Assembly (NCBI GenBank): GCA_023213395.1 | Contig: CM041465.1 | Coordinates: forward strand, 186,627,741 to 186,691,740 | From: Cycas panzhihuaensis | Taxonomy: Eukaryota > Plantae > Cycadophyta | Length of the DNA stretch: 64,000 bases | Reading direction: 5' to 3' | Shown: positions 27,545-45,049 of the stretch, one piece after another | How the letters are laid out: each line of letters opens with the position of its first letter | Numbering within the stretch: the stretch's first letter is position 1 | The notes under the pieces: model-generated | What the model was told of the DNA's origin: nothing | Database searches by the model: none | What the model saw: only the letters and a program-made list of their open reading frames with translations | Position numbers and translations under genes: made by a program

Positions 27545-28657
27545 TACTAGTAGTTAATATATGTAATTAGAAGAATTTGTTAAGGAAGGTTAAAAGTCTT
27601 GGGACTTAGTTAAAAAATGTATGCATCAAATTAATAAATTTCTAACAAAATGTCTAATTTTTAAGAACTTATGTCTTATATAGAGTCTAATCATTTATAC
27701 AAGGGATATACTAAGCTTTTACAAGTTAATCAAGGAAGACAAGTCTTTGAATGGTCCATCTCCAAAGTTATGAAGATGTGAAGAAAAGATAAGTCTTACA
27801 CATTTTTATAAAGGCAATAATTGATAGTCCATAATTAGATTATCATATATGAAGTTGCAAAGTGGAGGTGTAGCATTACATGTAGTACATTCTTATAAGT
27901 GTAGTAATGAGAGTGCATTCCCAACAAACTATTTATAAAATGTGCGATTACAAAGGAAGGCTAATAAGAAAATAAATGATGCTAGAATTATCCATTACCA
28001 CAATTGCAAGATACAAAGGATGTATAAAGGTAACTTTCTCACCCTTTTACAAATAAATAAAAGCAAAAGGTTACTCAAGTATAAAAGCCTAAAACTGCAA
28101 AACAAAAGCATTCTCCTTGCACTTTTGTAAATGTGTATTTCGTATAAAGTCATCCATCTCCATAGGTGTGAAATGTAAAAACACTTTAAATATCCTTTTT
28201 TAAGTATTATTATATAACTATTTTTAGTTATTTTTACAATATAATTCAATGGAAGGTGATGGTGAATGATGCAAAAGCCTAGAAATGTAAATCATTGTCA
28301 TGCATTCCATCATTCAATCGAATTAAAACTTCTAAATCCGCATTGAGTTTGAATTTTATAGTCATCATTTTAGGATTTTAATATCATTTAAAATAAGAAA
28401 GTAAAATATCGATATGGCCATGACCTAATAGAAGCAAATTTATTATCTATGAATACTAATTAATCAAAAACACTAACTAGATTATAAGAAAAAGATAATA
28501 ATGAACATATGTCAAATCTTAAAGATATTAAAAATAAAAGAGATGGTATAATTTTTTAAATATTATGTCATCATATGAGCCATTAAATATAACACTTGTG
28601 CCATAATCTAAATTAATGTGGTAAACTAGATATATAACTATTTTTTTAAGGAAAAAT

Positions 28658-28991
28658 TATTGGGGTTAATGTTCATCAGCCCACTCCCACCTTTTATACA
28701 TATGAGCGCTCATATGTTAACATAAGTTAGGTAAGGTTAAGTTTAATTTGAGTTAAGTATTATTTTAATGTTGTTTGAATTTTAGAGGTTGAGGAGGTTT
28801 CCCTCCTTTCTCACAATTATATATTTTTGGGGTAAAAAACTCAGGTGTCTTTAGACACCACCAACATTTGGAAATCTATTGTACTCTCACAAGATGGATT
28901 AAATAATATGTATTTTGCTTATGTTTTCTCATGATACATTAGCATGTGAATACCTACTCCGCTCTGTACTCCTTGTATTATTTTTTCAACA
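28658..28991 (+). repeat. Copia-type LTR followed by a PBS
   Basis: tattggggttaatg...ttcaaca; PBS tagtgtcagagc at 28994-29005; colinear with the LTR at 46845. Confidence 0.8.
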
Positions 28992-31399
28992 TTTAGTGTC
29001 AGAGCATAGATCTATTTAGGTCTGCAATCTTTAAGCCTAGATCTTGGCTCTAACATTGACCATGACAAGTTTACTTAACAATTTTTTAGTTCACACTATA
29101 GTTTTCGATAGTTTTTCTTATATATTTTTTGATAAATAATTAATTTTTTCATATATACAAGCTTATTACTCATATTATTTTAAGTATTTACTGTAAATTT
29201 TAGCACACTCAGCCCACCAACAGTTTGGTACAGTTGGTTTCTGAATTTAATTGATGGAATATCAAGTTTTCCATTATTTTATGTTATTTTAAAAAGGTTG
29301 GGCAAGGTTATATGACTTTAACACGCTGGTGCAGCTTCTACATTACTTAGAACTGTAGTACATGAGTACTCATTTGAATCCTCAATGAACCAACTTTGTA
29401 ACACATTCAATAGATCTAAAAATTATTGCCCCTGTGTGAAGATATCACACTCAGAAGCTCAGTGGCTTAGTTTTGGTAGCGAAACCCCATTGCCCCTCTC
29501 TCATTTGCTTATTTTTTCTCATTTTAATTATTGTTTCACTAATTGAACTTAGGTGCAAGTCTCTTAGGCTCTACGCAAAGCTATTTTAGGGTTGTTTTGA
29601 CTCACTTTTTAGGCCATACAACCTCTTAGTGCATGTGCAACCCTCATCAGCTCTATAGCTCCGTTCTCAGCATATAAGCATCGGATCTTTGTGAAACTTT
29701 ACAGGGAGCTAGATATCGAGGAGATCTAGAGCCCTCTTAAGTTTCGTTAGGATCTGTTGCTTGTGTGAGGAGAACGAGCTACGTGAAATCACCCATGTGT
29801 GAACTCACTAGTAAACCCTAATATGATCTTGTTTTTATGTATTTTTATAAATATTTTTAATTAGTCAAATGTGCCATTATTAAATAAACTTTTAATAATT
29901 AAATCCATGTCATTTTTATTGATTTTTAACTGTATAAATTCACTCTATTAGCCATTTTATTCATCACGTAGGTCACGCAACCTTTGCACGTTTTAAAAAT
30001 TTATTTTTTGATATTGATTTCTTATATTAAATCAATATCATTATCACCTTAATGTTATAAAGTTTAAATGAAATTTAATTACCATTTTTAATATTTGAAA
30101 TCAAAAAAGGATTAGCCTCCTTTGTATTTAGCCCCCCAGTTCATCTTGCATGTGACATGTTCTTAAGCTCTTTAAAAGGTTAGATTCTTCATTTTTCAAG
30201 AAATCTCTTTCGCTTTGGGTGCCCTCTTCGATTGATAGATATTTTCTAGTTATTTGGGGTCTACTTCCCTCACTAACATCTATTTTTTGGTTTAAAGCAG
30301 ACCCATATGATTGTGCACCCAAATTAATAAAAGGGGCTAATTTGATTTATTAAAGCTTTCTTTATAAATTTACCCTAAGAGACACTATAACATTTAACAG
30401 TGTATCTCATCACTGACATATCAAGTTTTGGTAAAACTAGTCTCATTGCGACTGTATTTTAGAGTTATATAATATAGAATTATTATTTGTCAAACTTGAG
30501 ATTATTTTGACTAAGTTTTAATCAGTCAAAGTGACCATTTCTTTCAATTATTATCTTACTAGCTATAAAGAGGCCTATTTATAGTTTCTGCAATAACTTT
30601 GTCATACGAACTCTGTTCTTCAAACCATTAGATTTGTTGGAAAGGTAATTCAGTGTAGTATACGTTAAAGTTAGTTTTATTATATTTGAATATCATTTTG
30701 TAGGTTTTTGTAGCTAGTCAATTTGAGCTTCTTATTCAACCTAGATAAGCCTATTTTTTATAATATTTTAAAGCATTTTATTATTTCAAATAATTATACT
30801 TAAATTATTATTTATTATTAACCAATTCCTAGAGTTATTATTGGTCCTTGTACATATTTTTAAGTTGTTTTGTAGCCAAGAGATATCTTTTTTAGCACTT
30901 TGAGCTTTTAGGAACCTAAGTGGTGCAAATTTAATAAATAGGTATAATCTATATTAAATCTATTTATTTCTTACATTATTAATTAAATACATACATTTTT
31001 TTGGTATTTTTATTACTTTGAGCAAAGGTTATACTTAAAATTTTCAAGTTTTCATATAGTTATTTTACTCTACAAAGGAATAATTAGGCATCTCATTATC
31101 TTGCATAACAAATATATTTCAATTTTTTTTTAGATTTGTGCAGGTGCATAGCTGCAAATAATAAATATTAAGTTGTTATCACTCTACAAGAGGTTTTATC
31201 AAGTTTTATATATTTCTATCAAATATTTGACATTTTTCAAGCATATTTTATCTATTTATCTAGTACTTTTTCCATATCTGTGTAGGAGCACAACTACAAG
31301 CAATATTTATTAAACGTTTTCTTCAGATCTGCTATATATAATTTTAGATCTTCTTATTTTATTAATTATTTTACTATTTTCTAGTTTATTTATTTCATA

Positions 31400-31515
31400 T
31401 CTGTAATATTTATTTTAGATCTGTAATATTAGCTACAGATCTGTAATATTTACTTTAGATCTATAATACTTACTTTAGATCTGCAATATTTGTTCAAGTT
31501 TTCTTTCAGATCTGT
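31400..31515. repeat. ~20-bp tandem repeat with AGATCT core
   Basis: ttttagatctgtaatatta / gctacagatctgtaatattt / actttagatctataatactt / actttagatctgcaatattt; further agatct copies across 31325-31565. Confidence 0.75.
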
Positions 31516-32756
31516 ATATTTTATCATATATTTAACTATTTTTTCAAGTTCTTTTTTTAGATCTGTGCAAGTTTTGGTGCATATTCAACCCAATAAGCCA
31601 TATATTATAGCAAATCTACATACTAGAGAAATATGTTTGAAGCTTTAATTTGTGTAGAAGAAGATCTCATCTTTAGAAGTCAATCTGCTACAAATCAGCC
31701 ATAGTTGCTTACTGGGTTCTTCATATTTATTTTCAGATATAAAACATATATCTCTTATTTCTTTGATACATCTGCTCCAATATATTTGAAAGATTTTAGA
31801 TATAAATATATATACATTTTATTTGTGATATATTTCCAACAATATATTTAAATTTTTTTTAGTTTTATTGGCAACTCTATTATATGATCCTTCATTAGGC
31901 CTTTGGATATTTGACCTTTCCTTGATTTAGCTATTTCATAGGCTTATTTTATTGATTTATTTTCATCAATATATTTAAAAGATCTGGCATATATTCTAAG
32001 CAAGGCTTCCTCAACTTGCTTTGCCAAATGTAGATAGAAAACAAAAAAAAGGGGAATAAGCAAGTCTGCTTTTATATATTTTTTATTTATTTGGTATATA
32101 TAAAAGAATTTCCAAAGAAAATATCTGTGTACTGTATAAACAATAATTGCAGAAATATTCACCAATAAAGAATCATTCATTAAAGTGGAAGAGAAAATAA
32201 TACTAAACACCTCGACTGATTAGAGATGTCATTAATGAATCAAAGGATCATTCCTTTATATAAAGAAAGAGTGATATAAACTGAATATCTTGATCCATGA
32301 GGATTCTCATTAGTGAATCAATATAAATCTTGTCTTCAAAATAACCAAGTAATTCCTTGTTATTTATATAGAAGAAAATCCCTTGAATCATTTGTATATA
32401 CAAAATCGTTGTATTGCTTTTGTAGCTCAGATATTGCCACTTCTATCCATAGTGTAAGGTTCTGATTTAAGAGTAGAAGCTATAACTTCACCACCACCAT
32501 ATGCCTGTTTTTTACCAAGTTGTACAAATGTATTGATCTCCAAGTCCTCACCTTAAAGTTTTACATTACTTTTTTTTTATAAACACCGCCAGATTTCCTT
32601 GGAAATTTGTGGCCAACTTGAAATTAGCCCTCAAACTGTAGAGCCTTGTGTCCATTAGTTTCCATACCATTTCCCTTTCCAACTCCACTCACATTCTCAT
32701 AGGCTGAAGATTTATTAGGATCTCCAACATCTATAGTTTTAGCTTGAATGTTCCTT

Positions 32757-33029
32757 TTAACACTTATCCATACCCAACTGAGTAATTCTCTTTATTGCAT
32801 CCAAAGAGATCTCTTCCTTGGGTTCAAAGATGAGTTCTTTCTGTCTTCCAGCACTTGCCTCATAGAATCCATTATTCCTCCAAGTGTTAAAGCATTGGAA
32901 AGCTCAATCATATTGATGAGAGTCAACACAAACATGAAGTAGACTCTTGCAACACTGTGTATTAGGTTCACAGCCAGACAAAACCATTTCATCAAAGATC
33001 TGAATTGCCTTCTCTACTAGCCCTTCCAT
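32757..33029 (-). pseudogene. Captured pentatricopeptide-repeat gene fragment, similar to At5g02830-type chloroplast PPR
   Basis: [49 protein letters not shown] (33029-32880) fits the P-type PPR consensus. The stop is a TGA at 32906-32904, where Arg (CGA) is expected. Confidence 0.8.
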
Positions 33030-33074
33030 TGGAAGGACTCAAACCAACATCTTCATACTACTTTGAAACTATTG

Positions 33075-33108
33075 AGTGGTTGGAGTCGTCGGGGCATTAA
33101 CCCCAATA
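33075..33108 (-). repeat. LTR 5' tip of the same family as 28658, directly abutting the microsatellite
   Basis: rc reads tattggggttaatgccccgacgactccaaccac; the first 14 nt are identical to 28658. Confidence 0.6.
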
Positions 33109-36884
<3,776 letters not shown>

Positions 36885-39595
36885 TAATAAAAATGGTAGA
36901 ATACTAACATTAAGAAAATGCTTTTAGTAAGTTATTTTTTATGCATGTGGCTAGCCATTATAATATTACATGCATGTTCTATTAAGGTTAGGAAAATGAT
37001 GGAATTATAGGATAAAGAGAGAAGAATGACAATGCAAGAAATTGAGAACTATTAATATGTAAGGATGGTGGTATTGATGAATACTAAGGTCGTCAAACCC
37101 CATGAAGAACTAAGAAGGACTAAGAGGGATTTGGCATACCTCTCAAAGTCTACTACCAACTAACATTGATAAATGTCTGATATGCTACCACCAAAGTATC
37201 TCTGCCAATATAAATTATCATCCCAATGTGGGTAATCTCCCCAAGGTAGACAAAAGCCCTAATATATGCATTATTCTAATAATTCTCCCCTATAATGCCT
37301 ATTTGAGGAGAGTCAAAGTTTATCTCTTAATTTGATAAACTTTATTTTACTAAGTGCTTTTATAAATATGTTTACCATATATTCTTAAGTGTTGTAATAC
37401 ACTAATTTTAACTCACCTTGTTATACCAACTCTATAATGAAGTGATGTATTTTAATATGCTTTTTCCTACCATGAAACACTAGATTCCTAGTTATTTGAA
37501 TGGTTATCTGATTATTACAAAGTAATTGAGTGGGACTAAAATGTTCTTACTGTAAATCCTAAAGCAATCTTCTAATCCATACTATTTTATATGCTCCTAC
37601 TACAATTGCTTTGTACTCTACTTCTGTAGTAGAAAGATGCACTATTGATTACTTCTTTAAAGTCCATGCTACTATTATTAAACCTAAACTGAATGTATAA
37701 CCTAAGGTAAATTTTTTCTCATTTACAGAACCTACCCAATCTGAGTTTGTATAGCTAATCAACCTGTAGTCCCCTAATGACTTGTAGTATAATCTATATA
37801 TAATAGTATTTTTGAGATACCTAAGAATCCTTATGGTTATTTGCTAATGTTATGTTATTGAGTTAAAGTCAAGTAAATTACGCTCCCAATAAATTGCCTA
37901 TAAAGTGTAAGATCAATTGATTCTAATTCCTCAAACTTAGATAATTTTAACCTAACTATACCTAGTATTGTAAGTTGATTATAACTACTTATATTTAACT
38001 TATGTAATATATCAAACATGTATTTCCTTTGGGAGATAAATATCCCATTTTCATCTTGTCATACTTTAATGCTTAAGAAGTAATGCATAAGTCTCAAGTC
38101 TGTCATCTCAAATTCTTTACACATATTCTTTTTTAATCTTTAGGACAAGTAATCATTATTCCTAGTATATACTTGGTCATCCATATATAAGCCCACAATT
38201 ATTATTGAGCTTCCTTCCATTTTGATATATAAATTGAGATCTAATTCACTTCTTTAGAATTCTTTATCCTTGAAATATTTATCAATACTAGATTACAATA
38301 CTCTGTGTACTTGCTTGAGTCCATATAAGATGTTTTTAAGTTTGTAGAGCTTGTCTTCTTCCCCTTTTACTTCAAATCCTTTAAGTTATTGAACATAAAT
38401 TTCTTCATCCATATAGTGATTCAAGAAGGTACTTTTTACATCTATTTCATGTACTATCAAATCTTGTTATGTAATTAAGGTCATGATTAACTTGACTATT
38501 TATAGCCTTGTAATAGGTGCAAATGTCTCATTATAAGCTATGCCCTCAATTTGAGCATAGTCCTTTGTAACTAACCTTGTCTTATATTTTTTAATGGTCC
38601 TATCTAACTTATACTTGGTCTTATTGACCCATTTCATCCTAATGGCATTCTCGCTAAGTAGTAGATCCATTAACTACGATATGTTATTTTTCACTAAGGT
38701 ATTATACTCTTCTTTCATTACTTTAATCTATTCATCTTGATTGTTTACCTCTTTAAAGTTGCAAGGCTCATTAAATTGTATAACTTGAGTCATGAGAGTA
38801 AAATTTACCTTTTGATATTTTATAGTTTTCTCTTAAAGTTATTTTCTAAAATATTTGAAGAGTTAAATTTGAAGTAGAGGGTCTCGTTTCATTTATACTA
38901 GGTATATTTATACTATTGGAGTTTGAGTCTATTTCAACCATGATATTTTTACCTTTATATTTTTCAACAACTTCTTCTTGATAAAACTCATCTTATTTGA
39001 AGATAACATCCCTACTTATAATAATCCCTTTATCTTTTAGATCAAAAAGTTTATAGGATCTAGAGAAGTTACTATATCCTATAAAGATATATTTGATACT
39101 CTTGTTATTCAAATTTTTCCTATGTTGATCTAGGACATATACATAAGCTATGTACCCAAAATTTCTTAAGTGTTTAATGCTTGGCTTATAACTTGTCTAT
39201 GCTTCTTCTGGTGTAACCCATCTGACTACTTTGGTGGCACACTTATTCAATATATAAATAGTTGTATGTACAACTTCAACCTAATATTCATTTCTAAGTT
39301 ACTTATCCTTAAGCATACTTCTTGTAATTTTAACAATTATCCTAATTTTTCTTTCAGCAACCCAATTTTGTTAAGGGGTGTAAGGATTTATGAGTTATTT
39401 TTGTATTCTAAAATATCTACAGTAGTCTTTAAATTTATTTGAAATGAATTCCCCCCCATTGTCTAATTTTATGATTAAAATTTTAAGTTCACTTTGTCTT
39501 TCAACCATATTTTTGAAATTAATAAAATATTGGAGTGCATCTAAGTTAGACTTGAGAAAGTAGACCTAATCATCCTTAAGTAACCATCAATGAAT

Positions 39596-42500
39596 TGAGG
39601 TGAGTTAATACTACAAGGTTATAGTATTAGTTTATTATTCCTAAAAAGGTCTTAGGTGAATATTAAATTAGATCACTTAAGTGAAATACACTTTGATATG
39701 TATTATTTATAATTTCATCTCATTAGGAGAAACCCTAACCCTAATGGATCATACTCATTAAGATATAAAGCAAGATCTAAATGGAGAAAAATAATTCTCA
39801 CCTCCCCATTGTGAGAGCTCTTCTTACACTCTATATTTCTCTTGCTCCTCTTATTTGCATTTGTATTTAGTGGTAGAATTGCATACTAGATCCTCCTTTT
39901 ATATGGTATTAGAACAAGATTGCATCATATTCCTTATTTACACTTGTAAAGGAGCCATCCCTTCCTTCTTTCCCATAATCCATGTGGTGAATAGAGATTG
40001 TGTAAGTGGATTTAGAGATTTTTTAAGTTTTCATTATACTATATTTTGTATTATTTGCTTTTACTCCTTTTCTTTTGTAAGTTTTTAGGAGTACAATACC
40101 AAAGAGTTATAAGGATTAAGGAATCTAATCCTTTGGTAGTTATTCCTTCATTTTTCCCATTCTTTTTTTCTTCTTTCTCACTTTATCCATTAGAAAAAGG
40201 AAAATACTGTCAAATTTTTTTTAGCATATGTAAGGTTTATAAGGGGAAATGTTAAAATATTTTTATCAAAATTTGATAAATTTATAAGGGGAGGTACTTC
40301 CTAAATTTTTTAAAATTTGAAGCCATTTAGGATCCCTATTATCATATGCTCTTACTTTGCCTATATCAAGATCCTAATGATTAGAAAATGATGGAAATTT
40401 CTTTAATTGATGAGATATTTGTAAGTTTATATCATAGCTAATTTTTTATCACAATAAAAATCTACTTAGTGAATTTCATAGGTCTGCCAAAATAGGAAAA
40501 ACTCTAAGTCCTCCAAAAAAAACACTTAATTTCATTACCTAGGTAGAAAATTATTGCTATTTTAGTAAATGGAGATCATTTTTTAGTGAGAGTTTAGAAG
40601 AAATTTGTTTTATCCACTTCACAAGAATACTAAAATTTTGTAGAGCTCCATTCGACCTAATTTTAGTTCTAATAGAAGTAGCTTTAAGTCCTCTTTCCTA
40701 CAAAAAAAAGAGCACTTAATTTTGACTCTAAGGTAGAAAGTTATCACCATTTTTGTGAACAAAGGACATTCTTTGGCAAGGGCTTATTAGAAACTTTCTA
40801 ACAAAGAAAAAAAAAAAGGTTTTAAAGCCCATTATACAAAGTGAATAGAAAAAAATTACCTGGATTAAAGCAATATCTAATGATCTCACTTATTATTTCA
40901 ACACTTATGAATCACTACATGCACCACATTTAAATTTTTAATTTTATTATACTTTGAGGATTAATGGATTTACATTTTTACTCTCCTAAAAGGAGTTTCA
41001 TCTGTACACTCTTTTCCATACTAACTATACCTAGTCATATACTTGCCTTAGTTGAAATACCTTGATTGGTAGAATTTGTCCCATAAAGGAGGTGTGGGCT
41101 ATAGTTGTGGGCTAAACATAATCAGAATAGTGGTGAGATTAAGGTTAACCATGCCAATTAACTTAATTTATGGATCATCTTGATAATCACCCAAGAAAAC
41201 CAAAAACCTTAAATACAAGATAATTAATCTACCTGATCTAATATCTATCATAGTCGTGGGTATGCCCATACCATTTGACTCTTTGGAGGAGGTATATTGT
41301 CGTTTATTAGTGAACAAAGTGAGGATTCAGAGTACTTAAGCTCTATTATGACTTGGATTTTATCATTGAGTGTAGTCACAAGCATCATGGGTAAAGGCCT
41401 TAATTCATACATCTATAGAGCCTTGCATCCTTTTTAACACCTTATCTACTTTAGACTCAAGTTGAGATTACTAGAATTTCATACATCCCACTTATGGACT
41501 TTAGTTATATGCCTTAGTGATATAAGTTCTTGGCATCCTTATCTTATATATCTTGATCACTCTCATCTTTTTGGTGATCCTAATACTTCATACCTCATAG
41601 TACATTCGTATTATGTCAAGACTATATTGTCATAAGAATTAGTGATATCTCATACTTCTTCACCTCACTTCATATTTTTTTGTACTAGGACATTATACTT
41701 AGAGTTTCTTTTCTCACTTTGCTGCTATGTTAGGGTCTCATAATTAAGCAACCTTCTAACTACTCTATATTTCTTTCTTTTACTATTATATATTCTACTT
41801 CATCTCATTCTTTCTTATCTCACATTTGTATTGTGATTGGTTGACTATTACCTATCATATTTCTACAATTCTCTTCAACTCTAACCTTCTTATAGATATT
41901 ATATCTTCATAGTTCAAATAGAATGTGAACTATATTATAAAAAGGAAAGAGAACTAGGACATGTGGTTCATTGGCATCGAGAATGCTACCAAGTATGAAG
42001 GTCTTTAGAGAGATCACTTGTAGCCTATACCATTTGTTACTACACCTGCTATTGGAGGAACTACTCCTACTCTTCATGTTGATACTGCAGGTAAATTCCA
42101 ATGGAAAATTAACAATGATAAAATATATGTAGGGATAATTTTTGTCACAGACTATTCCCTGCATAACCTCATTGATGAAGTTGTATATGGTATCACATGG
42201 AAAGTCCTTAAAATTCTTAAGAAGAATGTTAATACTAAATCAAACTTAGAATTTATTCACCTGGTGTTAAAGATGAATAAACTAAAGATGTAGAAGGGAT
42301 ATGATAGTGAGATTATCAATATCCTTTAACCTATCAAGCATACCATTAACAAAGATTTTAAGACTAAGTGTATTACATGGGATTTCTTGATTTAGTCATG
42401 TCTCCATATCCTAAATTATAAAAATCTATTGAGAAGTCTTCAATCCAGTGGAACTTTAAAGACTCTGAACTTTGAGGCTATTGCCAATAAGTTCATTAAA

Positions 42501-44902
42501 TTTGATAAGACCTTTGATACAATTTTATCCATTGCATTAGATCTTCCTTATGTTACTTTTGATGTGGAAAAAGCTCCTCTCTACAATAAAAATCAAGGTC
42601 TACCCTCCCACGAAAGTGGTAATTCCAGTAGATAAGGAAGAGGTAAACAACAAGGACAACATCCTTAAGGTCAAAAAGCTCCCTAATATTAGCAAAGATA
42701 ATCTCAAGGCCAAGGCCAAAACAATAACCAAAGGTAAAATAACCAACTGAGTACTTCTTATGAGACTAGTAATCTAATAATTATGTACTAAAGGTGTCAT
42801 AAACGAAGACACCACATCACAATTTATTAAGTTACTACGTACAAGATTAAGAGCTACCAGTGCTATGGTACCCATAATATTGATGATGATTATCTTGAAG
42901 ATGGTTATGCTAGAACTCAATTTTCTCATGCACATATCCTTTATATTAGGACCTCTTCTTTTTAAGATATTAACTAATCCACTATATTCTTTAAGACTCA
43001 TCATGGATACGCTACTTGTGATTTTGAATTACCTCAATCCCTTAGAGTTTCACATAATATTGTTTCAAGTCATTCTTCATGGATTATGGATATTAGAGCT
43101 ACTCAACACATGACTTACTATTATCACTTCTTTTAAGACTTTACTTCAAAAGTTCATGGTGTTATTCATATGGATGACAAGTCTTCTTAGCTTATCGAAG
43201 GGCTTGTATCCATTTGCCTAAAACTCTGATGCCTTCTAGATTTCACTCTTCAAGATGTTTTGTATATTCCTACCCTAAAATAAAACCTGGTCTCCCTATC
43301 CACCCCTATCTCTCATGCATTTAATCTAAATGTCACTGCTTATAATCAAACTCTCCATGTCATTCACCCTCCTTCAAATGTTATGGTCATGACTAGAATT
43401 CTTGATGGCAAACTTTTTTGCCTTACTAGTTTACTGTCTTCTAAAGCTAATTGTGTTGATGATGAATTTGCTTTTAATACAACCCTAACTCCTCAAAAGT
43501 TGTCCTAAGAAGCCTTATGGCATGCTTGCATGGGCTATATCAAAATTGACCACTTGAGAGAACTACATGCCACCATTCCAGATATGCCTAAGTTCTCCTA
43601 TAAGCCCTTCAAATGTGAAGTATGTATCGTAACCAAATTTTAGAGACAACTCTTTTTATAAAGTTAGTGGAAATCTAGCTAGCCTTTGTACCTTATACAT
43701 TTAGACATATGCAGTCCTATGTCCATCCCTTCTCTCAAAAGGAAGTGGTATTATATAACTTTTATTGATGACTTTACCAAGAAAGTATGGCTTGTCTTCC
43801 TTGATAGAAAAGATAAAGCTTTTATATGTTTAAAGGTTTTAAGGCCCACGTTGAGAAAGAATTAGGTTTTTTAATTAAGATATTTAGGATTGATAATGGT
43901 GGAAAGTATAAATCTAATAAATTTGAAATATACTTATATTATTATAGGATCAAATATTATACTATAGTTATAAGTATATCCCAACAAAATAGAGTTGCTA
44001 AGTGCATAAATAGGACCATCATGAACATGGCCCATGCTATGCTAGTATATGAGAATGTGTATGCCTGTCTTTAGGCCAAGGCTATATGGACTACTATGCA
44101 TTACATCAATATTATTAGTCCCTTTTGGCTTAGGCCCTCTCTACTTAAATAGTGGTATGGATAGCCCCCACTATCTCTCACATCAAAATTTTTAGCTCTA
44201 CTTATTATCCTCATATTTTGGATGAGGATAGAAATAAGTTACAAGATAGAACCTTGAAAAACATCTTTATCCAATACTCTATGGATAAAAAAGGATATTT
44301 TTCATACCTTCATAATATAAGATCATTATCACTTGAGATATGTTTGTAGAAAATGAGGATTAGTTGCTCAGACTAAATAATATTTAGAGAATCAATGGAT
44401 TTTGACTATATATTCATTTGGATTAATTGACTATTTAGCTTCATTAAAGAGTCACCTAATCCAAGTCATTAGATTAGAAAGTCCCTGAGTTTTTTTTCCC
44501 ACGAGGGTTTCCCACAAAAGTATCAAAATAGTTTTCTTTGTAAGAGGCTGAAATGAAGATCTCATAGGTTAAAATGACCTTCCACCATTAAGGAGGGGAT
44601 TAAATTGAGTTAATACCACAAGTTCATAGTATTAGTTTATTATTCCTAAAAGGATCTTAGGTGAATATTAAATTAGATCATTTAATTGAAATACATTTTC
44701 ATATGCATTATATGTAATTTCATCTCATTAAGGAAAACCTAACCCTAATAGATCTCACTTATCAATATATAAAGTGAGATCTTAATAGAGGAAAATAAAT
44801 CTTACATCCCTATTATGAGATCTCTTCTTATGATTCATTCTCTTGCTTCTCTTATTTATGTTTGTATTTAGTGGTGGAATTTCATGCTAGATCCTCCTTT
44901 CA
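39596..44902 (+). mobile_element. Nested Ty1/copia element lacking RT/RNase H (LTR-leader-gag-PR-INT-PPT-LTR)
   Basis: LTRs 39596-39901 and 44601-44902. PBS tggtattagaac 39904-39915. PPT aggaggggat 44591-44600. TSD tgaat/taaat (39591-95, 44903-07). INT motifs FIDDFTKKVW and RIDNGGKY (43760-43910). Confidence 0.9.
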
Positions 44903-45049
44903 TAAATATGATAAAAAATGTATCTCCTCCAAGTGAGGGCACATCCATTAGACCATATAAGTTTGTGTATATTAATTGAAAGGGCCCATTGACCCTATAA
45001 TTTTAATTAAGAAATCCTTCCCTTTATTATTTTCTAAATACACATCCTT

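Larger units (their letters stand above)
28658..32000 (+). mobile_element. LTR element 5' part with a long T-rich non-coding leader; no gag-pol recognised
   Basis: LTR and PBS, then leader with ataacttt...gttggaaag motifs shared with 45120-45180. The right end is undefined. Confidence 0.5.

Noticed and set aside
31320-31570. Regularly spaced AGATCT repeats resembling a CRISPR-like array
   Set aside because: The units are contiguous, degenerate ~20-bp tandem repeats without unique spacers, in a eukaryotic TE leader.
28658-33108. Possible TIR (Pack-type DNA) transposon bounded by the inverted 14-16 bp tattggggttaatg
   Set aside because: No TSD, and the left copy is the start of a full LTR with a PBS. 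Two oppositely oriented LTR tips explain it better, though a TIR origin is not fully excluded.
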